From positions 992,001 to 1,056,000 of the forward strand of contig CM075991.1 of the NCBI GenBank assembly GCA_038087875.1: 64,000 nt of DNA, read 5' to 3'. The stretch is from Malacoraja senta. Its lineage: Eukaryota. The first letter of the stretch is position 1; every line of letters starts with the position of its first letter. The notes below the pieces were generated by a model. That model did no database searches and had not been told where the DNA came from. It saw nothing but the letters and a program-made list of their open reading frames with translations. A program made the translations under genes and the position numbers. Shown here piece by piece: positions 53,036-64,000 of this stretch.

Positions 53036-54340
53036 CCCTAAGCCCCTTGTTCTCCCAAATGCCTATCTAATTTATTACTGTTTGTCTCCATTTCACCTGT
53101 ATCACAGGTCTTTGGCAGTCACTGGTCACTGGAAATATAGATTTTCCCCAGTTTCATTCTGTATGAGTTTCACTGCACCTTAATTGGTACACGTGACAAT
53201 AAACTGACCTTTGAACTTTTGAACCTTTACTTCTTGTAAAACTTTAAACCTCTGCCTCCACTTATTGTCCAATGAACTGCTGGGACAGCTGCTCTCTGTA
53301 AACCTTATTTGAATTTACTTCGAGCAGAGCCCAGTCAATCCCCGTGGCTGCAAGGAGAAGAAACGCAACTTCTCTAATCATTCTAGTTAGACTAGTTCTC
53401 TATTCTGTATACAAATTAAATTCCTCATATACTTAAGCTAATAAAGTATTATTATGATCATGATTATCCTTGCAGCTGACAATTGAAACACAGGATTAAC
53501 TGACTCCGAAGTCTGGAGCAAGTGTCAAATGTTCTTGTTCAGGCCACTGTGATGCTACATTCCCATACTCTACCTCCTGTGGATCCCATATCTGATGATT
53601 GCTTCCATAGATGACTTATTTTTTTCATAATGTTGTTTGCATTTACTTCAGAGATTGATAGTGTTCTAATTTTGCATGATGATCTTATTGCAATTGCTAT
53701 GACTTCATTTAACAAAAAGTCACTTTGCACGCAACCTTGCCTACACATTTAAGTTCTGCTTCACTAACTTCTCTCAATCATATTTGGTGCAGAGTATTAT
53801 GTGCTCTGAGGTACATGGGCTATATATCAGGTGCTCATGTCACCCAGAATCAAAATGTACATAAGCAGGAATACCATGCTGAATATCTGTACTGAGTAAT
53901 GTTTTAGCCCTGAACAAAGCAACTCTCAACATTGTAACCCAAATCAAACCAACTTAGTACAGTGCAGCAGTAATAACTATTATTTTGTTTGGATGCAAAT
54001 TCTTAGAACATCATGGCTTTCAATAAACAGACAAAATACAATCCAGGTGATAAATAAGTGAGCAAACTGTAACCATATCTGCAGTGCTGTAAAAGACTGA
54101 GGACACTATTACATTGCCCAGTGTGCAGATTGAAACACAATATGGAGTTTGCATGTTTCATTATTAAGAGACATTAAGTGGGAAACAATTACTCTTGGTC
54201 TATAATTCTCAGACCATCTTATTGTTTTTATTGTCCTAAAAACCTGTTACATGTATATTTAATCTTTTAACAAAAGCATCTTAAGTTACGCTCCTAGCTG
54301 AATTAAACGGTATTCTTTGTATTACTTTGAGCATCTTTAC

Positions 54341-54474
54341 CTGTGGTGATAGTCTCGTTTCAATAGCCGATAATCAATATGGTGACAATCCCCTGCATTC
54401 CGGAAGCTGGAATGGTTTTCATGAGGAGAGAGCAGGTTGTTGTGATCTGAGTATTCGCCCGTTACACTTCCCAT
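54341..54474 (-). CDS. NT5DC4: Putative first coding exon of a cN-II-family 5'-nucleotidase (NT5DC4/NT5C2-like): MGSVTGEYSDHNNLLSPHENHSSFRNAGDCHHIDYRLLKRDYHH(R)
   Basis: ATG at 54474 is in a strong Kozak context (AGCATGG), with an in-frame TGA upstream at 54598-54600. The exon ends CACCACAG|GTAAAG (phase 2), joining the next exon in frame as [18 protein letters not shown] resembles NT5C2 KKYRREAYHR as I recall it. The start codon and paralog assignment are less certain than the donor site. Confidence 0.72.
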
Positions 54475-55644
54475 GCTTATCACTTGCTTTGAAACTTGTT
54501 TGGTGCAAGTTTCTGCTGTAATGCTGCAAAGATTTGGAGAATCAATCTTTATCCTCTGACGGTTCCAGGAGAAATTGGCCAATTCAGTTCTAGCTTTTCA
54601 CCCTTGATACATTATCAGTCAAGCGCAGCAGAGCGGCTCCAGTTTATCGCAAGAGCTGTGTGCTTGATCTGACAGGGAACTCAGCACGTTTCTGCAGCTG
54701 CTACAGGAGATTGAACAAGCCCTTGCCGACCTCCTGATGACTGTATGACAAAATACACGTCCCGGCACTATCTCCACTCTGCAAACCTTCCTCAAGTCTG
54801 GACAACAGCTTACACAACGTCATTAAGCCTTCCCATTGATTGGCAGACAAACAATTCCTGAATTGAATTATTTTTACTTTGCTCCTCCACCTCAGGCACC
54901 TTTAGTCCAAAACCCGTTTTACATGTCACAACTTGCGATCATAAATACTTAATAAAGTTTTTAATTTAGCACAGCATGGTATCTGATATAGGAAACCAGG
55001 ACAGAAGTTGTAAAATAATAGAGCAAATGTTAAGGAAAGCAAATTTAAGTTTAATTGTTCATCTTTATATCTCTGTAAATCTGATCATTGTTACCTTTAT
55101 CTCTCTTCCTTAATAGATACTTCATTTGCTTTTTCAATTAGCTCACCTTTTCTATTTTTGACTGTTTTTGTTTCCTAATCCTTAAATCTAAATCTCATCA
55201 GTCACCCCATTCAATCAGTTCTCAAATGTTGACACAAAAAATTGCAGAAGGTGGATTTTTTAGTAAAACACAAATGCTGGAGTAACTCACTGGGTCAGGC
55301 AGCATCTGTGTAAGGAATCGATAGGCGAGGTTTCGGGTCGGAACCCTTCTCTCCATGTTCCACGCTCCACAATTGTCAACTTGCACTTGTAAGAATGTAC
55401 AGAATTGAAGAATGCATTTGCAAGATTAAAGCTAAATGTTCTTGCACGTCGACATGGACACAGGGTGCTAAAAGGACCTACTTCTGCGCTGTGCATTTAG
55501 CTGACTCAGGAACACCTTCTTCCCCTGTGTGATCAGGGTTCCGAATGGTCTTACTATAAGCTAGGGTACTGTTCGATTACCTCATTTTGGACATTGGACT
55601 TTGTCTATGGAACTGTTGCACTACAATGCAGAGCACTATACTCA

Positions 55645-56122
55645 TATAACCATATAACCATATAACAATTACAGCACGGAAACAGGCCATCTCAACCCTT
55701 CTAGTCCGTGCCGAACACGTATTCTCCCCTAGTCCCATATACCTGCGCTCAGACCATAACCCTCCATTCCTTTCCCGTCCATATAACTATCCAATTTAAT
55801 TTTAAATGATAAAAAGAACCTGCCTCCACCACCTTCACTAGAAGCTCATTCCACACAGCTACCACTCTCTGAGTAAAGAAGTTCCCCCTCATGTTACCCC
55901 TAAACTTCTGTCCCTTAATTCTCAAGTCATGTCCCTTTGTTTGAATCTTCCCTCCTCTCAATGGGAAAAGCTTATCCACGTCAACTCTGTCTATCCCTCT
56001 CATCATTTTAAAGACCTCTATCAAGTCCCCCCTTAACCTTCTGCGCTCCAAAGAATAAATCCCTAACTTGTTCAACCTTTCTCTGTAACTTAGTTGTTGA
56101 AACCCAGGCAACATTCTAGTCA
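55645..56122 (-). mobile_element. Young CR1 3' fragment, same family as 1-1188
   Basis: Near-identical peptide MLPGFQQLSYRERLNKLG and the same (TATGGTTA)n tail. Confidence 0.93.
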
Positions 56123-56559
56123 AGAACATTCAGCACTCTGTATCTTCCCCTTCACTCTACCTTTTGTACTTGCCTTTTGCTTGATTGTATTTATTTATAG
56201 TATTATCTGATTTGATTGGATAGCAAGCAAAACAAATCTTTTCACCGTACCTTGGTACATGTAGCAGCAATAAACCTAAACCTGAAATGATTCTACCACT
56301 GGTTTATTTTGTCTGGGTTCCTTCATTTTACAAAATAATCTTTAAAATGCCTTTTAGACTATAAGGTTTCCACTAAGGGACAGAGCATTTTATAACCTGG
56401 AAGTAAATTCCTTCTGAAGAAATGTAATCGATTAGTATTTGTTGGATTATTATTCTGATTAGATGCTTGTATGACGAGAGGATTATAAGATTATAGGCCC
56501 GAATCATAGGATTTCTGTTTATTACTGAAAATAGCAACCAGAAGTGAGGAAGAATGTAG

Positions 56560-56865
56560 TTTTAGACATACAGCCTGAAAACAGGCCCCTCGGCCCACCG
56601 AGTCCAGACTGACAATCACTCTTTTACATTAGTTCTATGTTATCCCACTTTCTCATCCACTCCCTAAACACTAGGGCAATTTACAGAGACCAATTAATCT
56701 GCACACCTGCACGTGTTTGGGATGTGAGAGGGAATCAGAGCACCCAGAGGAAACCCATACGGTCACAGGGAGACCCACGTGGCAAATTCTACAGAGATGT
56801 CAGCCAACGTCAGTCTCTGGCATTGTGAGGCAGCAGCTCTAACAGCTGCACCACTGTGTCACCCT
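56560..56865 (-). mobile_element. HE1/V-SINE-like SINE
   Basis: Same head, core and tail as the other copies. Confidence 0.75.
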
Positions 56866-57884
56866 CAAAAAGCAACATGTAGAAACAAGGAACTGCAAAT
56901 GCTGGTTTACAAAAAAATACACAAAGTGCTAGCCTAACTCAGTGGGTCAGGCAGCAGTTCTGGAGAACATGGATAGGTGACGGTTCAGGTCGGGATCTTT
57001 CTCTGTGAGGGAGGGATGTCTTACTCTTCAAAAGGATCAGTTATGGGAAAGTAAACCATGGTTAGCTCTGACTTTCGTGGCATATGTGAAATATTCCGTA
57101 TAGCGTAAGGTGTAAAAATCCCGTGTTTACTGGAAGATGTTCCTGCAAACAAAGTACTGGCTCTCACTGGCGAAGTCAGGTGTTCATACACTAAGCTATT
57201 CACAGATTCGATTGCAACATTTTGAAGGGATCTGAATAAGTGTCTGAAGTGAAGAATTTGCAGGGCAATGGAGTAAAAGGCAGCAGATGTGGCTAACGGG
57301 ATTGCTTTTACATTGGGTTAGTATAAACCTAATGGATTGAATGGTTTCCTTTGATCCTGTAACTATTCTGTGATTCTTAGAAGTGTACGTGAAGAAACAT
57401 GACTTGTATTGTGGACTTTAGTGCTGAGAGACGCTATTAGTTTGTATAGCTCTTTCTGGTCCCACGTGAATTTGCTGACATTTAGAAGGATAAATAATTC
57501 TCATTGAAATCTACTGGATAATGAAAGGCCTCAGCAGAGTGGATGTGGAGAGGAAATTCCCAGTAGTGGGAGTGTCTAGGAACAGAGCGCAGAGCCTCAA
57601 AATAAAAGGACATACCTTTAGAATGGAGATGAGAAGGACATTTTGTAGCCCTGACTGAACTTTGTTGCGTTCCACCACAGTGAAGAACGCTGTGGTGGAT
57701 GTTTGTGTTAAATTCTATTGTGTATTGTGTGTTCTTTTTAAGTGTATCGCTACTGGCAAATTCATTTCACTGCACCTTCGGGTGCATGTGAAGAATAAAA
57801 TTGACTGACTTTGACTTTATAAGGCATTATGTTGGTGTTTTACACAACTCTATATTTTCATAAATCACAATGCATAAAGTTGGG

Positions 57885-58190
57885 CAGCTGGTAGAGCTGC
57901 TGCCTCACAACACCATCAACCCGGCTTCGATCTAGACCTCAGGTAGCTGACTGTAGGGAGTTTGCACGTTCTCCTTGTGACCTCATGGGTTTCCGCTGGT
58001 GCTCCGGTTTCCTCCCACTTCCAAGAGCGCGCAGGTTTGTAGGTTACTTGGCCTCTGTAAAATGCCCCTAGTGTGTAGGGAGTGGATGAGAAAGTGGGAT
58101 AACATAGAATTGGTGTGAATGGACAATCGTTTGTTGGTGTGGACTCGATGGGCCTGTTTCCATGCTGTATCTCCAAACTAAACTAAACAA
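57885..58190 (+). mobile_element. HE1/V-SINE-like SINE
   Basis: ggtagagctgctgcctcac head, gagtttgcacgttctcc core, (CTAAA)n tail. Confidence 0.8.
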
Positions 58191-59444
58191 AGCTAAGGTC
58201 GTTCAGATTGTATTATTGCTGAGCACTTTTGTGATTCACAAACTCGTCAACAGTTTGGTGATGCAATAAGTAAGGGTGTGTCTGGCCAGCAGTTCACATA
58301 GCTCTGGTTATCTCACAGACATTCCCTGTCCATGGGTGCTAGGGGAGTGGACTGACTTGTACAGTTACTGAGGCAGCACACTGGCCATGACCACTCTGAC
58401 AGATATCACCCCACAAAATGTGATGGTCCACACACACAAATAAACATTAAATAGAGCACTTGAAAAGGTGGATGAAAACGGACAGTGACTGCATTCTCAT
58501 TTCCACCCACTCAAAGCCGTAGGCTCCATATTTTCACAATGCATATTTTTATATGACAGAGAAGGAGACCATCAAGTATGTGCCAGTTCCAACAACAGAG
58601 ATCACTTCTGAAATGTAACCACGCACGAACCCCAGTCTTGAAACACCCTCTTGAAGGAGATCCTTGACTGGGTCAGGAGATGAAGGGGAAGATACTGCTT
58701 AGGGAGGAGCAACAGGGAGAACTACATCCACTGCCACAAGGAGAAGTGCATGCATTTCCCACATTTTGCTGAATAACTGTTGGAAAGACCAATGGTTCAT
58801 GGTAATTTATTGCCATATGTTCCTAAATACAGAGAAATTCCTTTTTTGCTTACAGCTCAGTAAAAGTCTCGCTATACATAGGCACTACCATACTTAAGTA
58901 CAAGAGTATAGGAATAGTACTGCAGATTCCAGATTACACTGCGACAGTGCACAAGAGGCATCAGGTTTCCGCAGCCATTTGGTATGATTCAAGTCCAAAG
59001 TTGTTAAAAAGGAAAAGTCGTAACAGTCATGAAGGCCCACTGGGTCGGAGTTGCAGGGTCAGCCTGGCCAGGAGATGATACTGATGTCCTCCGCTGCTGC
59101 TCCGCCGCTCCATGCTGCTGCAGGCCACGTCTGATCCACATGCCCGGCCGATTGGAGCAGCCACAGGATGCTGCATGGCCTCTGGTGACATCTCAATCTG
59201 GTGTCTCGAGGGAAGTGTGCTATGCCTCACCTCACACGGCCGCGCTCTGACTCCGTGCCTTCTGCCAGCCGACCTCAGATCATCCAGTGAATCCCCACGG
59301 AAGCAGGCGGAGAGCACCAAGCCCACTCACCAGCATTGCTTCCCTGTGTCCGCTGCCAAGACTGGAACACCATGGTTCCTACGTGCTGGTGGAAGCTTCA
59401 CTGCTGACCTTTGCTTGGAGCTGTCAGCTGGAGCTGCTTTGCTA

Positions 59445-61355
59445 TAGAAACATAGAAAATAGGTGCAGGAGGAGGCCATTTGGCCCTTCGAGCCCTTCAT
59501 GGCTGATCGTCCCCAATCAATAACCCGTGCCTGCCTTCTCCCCCATACCCCTTGATTCCACTAGCCCCTAGAACTCTCTCTTAAATCCATCCAGTGATTT
59601 GGCCTCCACTGCCCTCTGTGGCAGCAAATTCACAAATTCACAACTCTCTGGGTGAAAACTTTTTTCTCACCTTGTCTTAAATGACCTCCCCTTTATTCTA
59701 AGACTGTGGCGCCTGGTTCTGGACTCGCCCAACATTGGGAAAAATTTTCCTGCATCTAGCTTGTCCAGTCCTTTTTAATGTTATATGTTTCTATAAGATT
59801 CCCCCTCATCCTTCTAACTCCAGTGAATACAAGCCTAGTCTTTTCAATCTTTCCTCATATGACAGTCCCGCCCATCCCAGGGATCAATCTCAGTGAACCT
59901 ACGCTGCACTGTCTCAAACACAAGGATGTTCTTCCTCAAATTAGGAGACCAGAACTGTACGCAATACTCCAGATGTCTCTCCTCACCAGAGCCCTATACA
60001 ACTGCAGAAGAACCTCTCTACTCCTATACTGAAATCCTCTTGTTATGAAGGCCAACATTCCATTAGTTTTCTTCACTGCGTGCTGTACCTGCACGCAACT
60101 TTCAGTGACCGGTGTACTAGGACACCCAGGTCTCGCTGTACCTCCCTCTTACCTAACCTAACCCCATTGAGATAATAATCTGCCCCCTTGTTTTTGCCAC
60201 CAAAGTGGATAACCTCACATTTATCTATATTATACTGCATCTGCCATGCATCTGCCCACTCACTGAACCAGGTATTGTATTGTATTGTATTGTATATTTT
60301 AATGACCACACAGCCAGGCTGGTGGAATTTGTTATCAGTACAGCTCGGTACAGGTTCCAACATTTCATCAACATTAAACTTATAACATAGATGTACATAC
60401 AGACAGACACATTACATAATACATAAGTATTATGTATTATGTTCGGAGGTTGTAGGTCACCCTACAACCTCTGAACATCCCTTCACAGTTTACACTGCCA
60501 CCCAGCTTTGTGTCATCCACAAACCTGCTAGTGTTGCTCCTAATTCCCTCTTCCAAATCATTAATATATATGGTAAACAGTTGCGGCCCCAACACCGAGT
60601 CTTGCCGGCACTCCACTCGCCACTGCCTGCAATTCTGAAAAGGACCGGTTCACTCCTACTCTTTGCTTCCTGTCTGCCAACCAATTTTCTATCCCAGTCA
60701 ACACCCTACCCCCAATACCATGTGCTCTAATTTTTAGTCACCAGTCTCCCATGCGGGACCTTATCAAAGGCTTCTGAAAGTCTAGATACACTACATCCAC
60801 TGGCACCCCTTTCATCCATTTTACTTGTCACATCCTCAAAAAATTCCAGAAGATTAGTCAAGCATGATTTTCCTTTCATAAATCCATGTTGACTTGGACT
60901 ATCCTTTTACTGCTATCCAAATGCCCCATTATTACCTCTTTAATAAATTACTCCAGCATCTTTCCCACCACCGGTCAGGCGTAACTGGTCTGTAATTCCC
61001 CGTTTTCTCTCTCGCTCCTTTCTTGAAAAGTGAGATAACACTAGCTATCCTCCAATCCACAGAACTGATCTTGAATCCATTGAACATTGGAAAATGATCA
61101 CCAATGCGTCCTCTATTTCTAGAGCCCACCTCCCTGAGGACCCTGGGATGCAGACTATCAGGCCCAGGGGATTTATCATCCTTCAGTCCATTAGCCTACC
61201 CAATACTATTTCTCACCTGATGAAAATTTTTTCCAGTTCCCTGACCCCCTTAGATCCACTGTCCTCCCGTACTTCTGGGAGATTGTTTGTGTCTTCCTCA
61301 GTGAAGACAGATCCAAAGTACCTGTTCACTCTTCTGCCATTTCCTTGTACCCCAT
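59445..61355 (-). mobile_element. CR1 ORF2 3' two-thirds, interrupted at about 60268-60485
   Basis: RT-region peptides (DWRIASVISLFKKG, WQMQYNIDKCEVIHFG) and a 3' tail at about 59445. Confidence 0.88.
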
Positions 61356-61359
61356 CCTA

Positions 61360-62182
61360 TTATACAGAAGTGAGATCGACCGACTGACCAAATGGTGTCA
61401 GCACAATAACTGGCCCTCAACACCAGCAAAACCAAGGAACTGATTGTGGACTTTGGAAGGGGTAGGATGGGGACCCACAGTCCCGTTTATATCAACGAGT
61501 CGATGGTGGAAAGGGTCAAGAGCTTCAAATTCCTGGGCGTGCACATCTCTGAAGATCTTTCCTGGAGCACATCAGCGCCTCTACTTCCTGAGAAGATTAC
61601 GGAGAGTTGGTATGTCAAGGAGGACTCTCTCTAACTTCTACAGGTGCACAGTAGAGAGCATGCTGACTGGTTGCATCGTGGCTTGGTTCGGAAACTTGAG
61701 CGCCCTGGAGCGGAAAAGACTACAAAAAGTAGTAAACACTGCCCAGTCCATCATCGGCTCTGACCTCCCTTCCATCGAGGGGATCTATCACTAGTCGCTG
61801 CCTCAAAAAGGCTGGCAGCATCATCAAGGACCCACACCATCCGGGTCATACACTCATCTCCCCCACTACCTCCAGGTAGAAGGTGCAGGAGCCTGAAGAC
61901 TGCAATGACCAGGTTCAGGAATAGCTACTTCCCACAGCCATCAGGCTATTAAACTCGCTCGGACAAAACACTGAACATTAATAGCCCATTATCTGTTTAT
62001 TTGCCCTTTATCAGTTTATTTATTCATGTGTGTATATATTTATACAATGGTATATGGACACACTGATCTGTTCTGTATTCATGCCTACTATGTTCTGGTC
62101 TATGTTTGGGTGCTAAAGCAAAACAAGAAATTTCATTGTCCTATCAGGGACACACGACAATAAAACTCTCTTGAACTCTTGA
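61360..62182 (+). mobile_element. Rex1/Babar-like LINE 3' part
   Basis: QRLYFLRRLRR...NFYRCTVESMLTGCIVAWFGN peptide; tail gacaataaaactctcttgaactcttga. Confidence 0.88.
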
Positions 62183-63259
62183 GCAAAAGCAGCCCAGATT
62201 GAGAGATCTCAAAGCTCTTTTTAAAATTACATTTCAAGATCTGGATAGGGCCCTAACTTCCTCAGGATGGTGATGGTGAGTGCTTTCTGCAGAATTCCTT
62301 GAATGAACTAAAAGGTGATATCAGTTGAATGTAACCTTGCAACAGAACAGGGCTGCACTCACCAGTTTCCTAAACTTAAAAACACGGCAATACCATAGCC
62401 TGCCAATACCAGACAATGGATCAAGATCAGCTAACATAGTTTTGCAGGAGAATCTAATCTTGGGCCATTGATGCAGTATTCACTGCCTTATAGTGGGTGG
62501 ATCTTCACTCGTATTCTTGATCTCTTTCAGCCTTGGTCCAATAACAGTCAAGCTATTTATCAATATAATTCAGCTACAAGTTCAATACAATACCCTTAAT
62601 TTTCAATACGCAGTTAGTGATTGGGCTTCCCTCTAATTAAGAGTTCCATAATGTCTTTCTGGCATCATTTGATGTTATGCAGAGCGGTGCGGTCTTGGTC
62701 TGATCCAAGAGCTTATATTTCACTCATTCCATGGGCCAGTATGTAGGGAATAAATAGAAGCACAAAGGCGATAAGCCCATCACACAGAATTCCAGATTTT
62801 TAGTATCAGCTGAAAAAATGCCTCTATGACTCCGACTTTTCCTTCATCTCATCAGGCACAAATGGCCCAGCATTTCCAAAGAATAAACAGGTGCTGGGAT
62901 AACTTCCATTCCACTGCAGAACCAGTCTGATAGATGCTTATGATTGGAATAGTTATTGATGAGCCTGATGACATCTAGGCAGTCAGCCACTTGAGGATAA
63001 TCGTTGCTACCAACTGCTGTGCTAGCCTCTAAACTCAGCAAGTTGCTGCACGGTCCTCCCAATAATAGCAACATGAAAAGTTAAACACTTCTGGGAGAAC
63101 CTCTGATACGATACGATAGGACTTTATTTATTCCAGGAGGGAAATTGATCTGCCAACAGACATAAAAACACAAAATATACAAAACACACGAAATTAAAGT
63201 GATGAGTGAAAAGGCTTGGGGGATGTGCTAAGATTGGGATGGGGGGGGGGGGGGGGGGG

Positions 63260-64000
63260 TGTAGATGAACAGTATTGCTGATTTGATCCATGTTAGTTAG
63301 TTCAACTTACGACTCGGAGCCTACAGTACTCATTTTGATGGTCTCAGTATGTATTCTAATTAGAGTACGTTATGATATATAATGACTCTGTATCAATAGT
63401 ACTTTACACATGGTGTCAGAAGTGGGATTCAGTTTTAAGTTCACTTCCCTGGCACGCTCAAGTACCTTCTTCAAATTGGCATCATGTTCTTCCATGTCTT
63501 TGCCACTAACAATGATGTCATCCTCGATAATAGCACGAGGGTATCCGTCAAACAGTTGCTCCATGGAGCGCTCATTGGCTGAACGGATACCAAACGGCAT
63601 GCGCAAAAATCTGTAGAAGCCAAAAGCAATGCAGAAAGATGGATGCATAGATGATGCATGATCCAGGGGAATCTGCCAGAAGGAGCGCTTGGCGTCTAAT
63701 ACAGAGAATACCGTTGGCTTACCCATGTGGGCAGCTACCTCCTTCACAGTATGCATGGGTGATGGGGCCTTTTGAGTGCTGTGTTCAGGTCCCTCGGATT
63801 AATACATATACGAATCTCCTGTTTATGTGTTTGCCCTCTGGGCAAAAGCCTAAGAAGTGGATGTAGATCAAACAGTATTGCTGATTTGATCCGTCTGGTT
63901 TTGCTGCTAACCTGATCCATAAACCATGTCAGGTTTCCACACTACCACCTGGTGGAATGCAGGCAGCCATGTTAGTTAGTTCAACTTATGACTCGGAGCC
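63260..64000 (+). mobile_element. Miniature Gypsy-type LTR element: 5' LTR 63260-63410, PBS 63411-63430, 3' LTR from 63862 running off the window
   Basis: Both LTRs start TGTAGAT.AACAGTATTGCTGATTTGATCC; the 5' LTR ends CA. PBS TGGTGTCAGAAGTGGGATTC is complementary to the 3' end of tRNA-Leu(CAA). A Gypsy RT fragment lies on the minus strand at about 63430-63850. Confidence 0.85.

Noticed and set aside
63411..63430. Match to the tRNA-Leu 3' end
   Set aside because: Only 20 nt and directly after an LTR; it is a primer-binding site, not a tRNA gene.

Overview
Eukaryotic, repeat-dominated vertebrate DNA. The mix of CR1/HER1-type LINEs, HE1/V-SINE-like SINEs, Penelope hairpins and Rex1/Babar tails suggests a cartilaginous fish, probably a skate or ray (inference). 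The only host gene I can support is on the minus strand: three GT-AG exons (54341-54474, 33853-33926, 26103-26220) splice in frame to the N-terminus of a cN-II-family cytosolic 5'-nucleotidase with HAD motif I DMDYT. Its residues favour NT5DC4 over NT5C2, and most of the window is its introns. The introns hold nested mobile elements: many CR1 and Rex1/Babar LINE pieces, Penelope fragments with hammerhead-like cores, a HERO-like RLE retrotransposon, a deleted Tc1 and a hAT MITE. Less ordinary structures are five loci of non-autonomous Helitrons with variable cargo, a 3.4-kb foldback element with a 9-bp TSD (MULE-like), and a miniature LTR element with a tRNA-Leu PBS and an antisense RT fragment. 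Repeat boundaries are read by eye and are approximate unless a terminal motif or TSD is quoted. No database searches were run.
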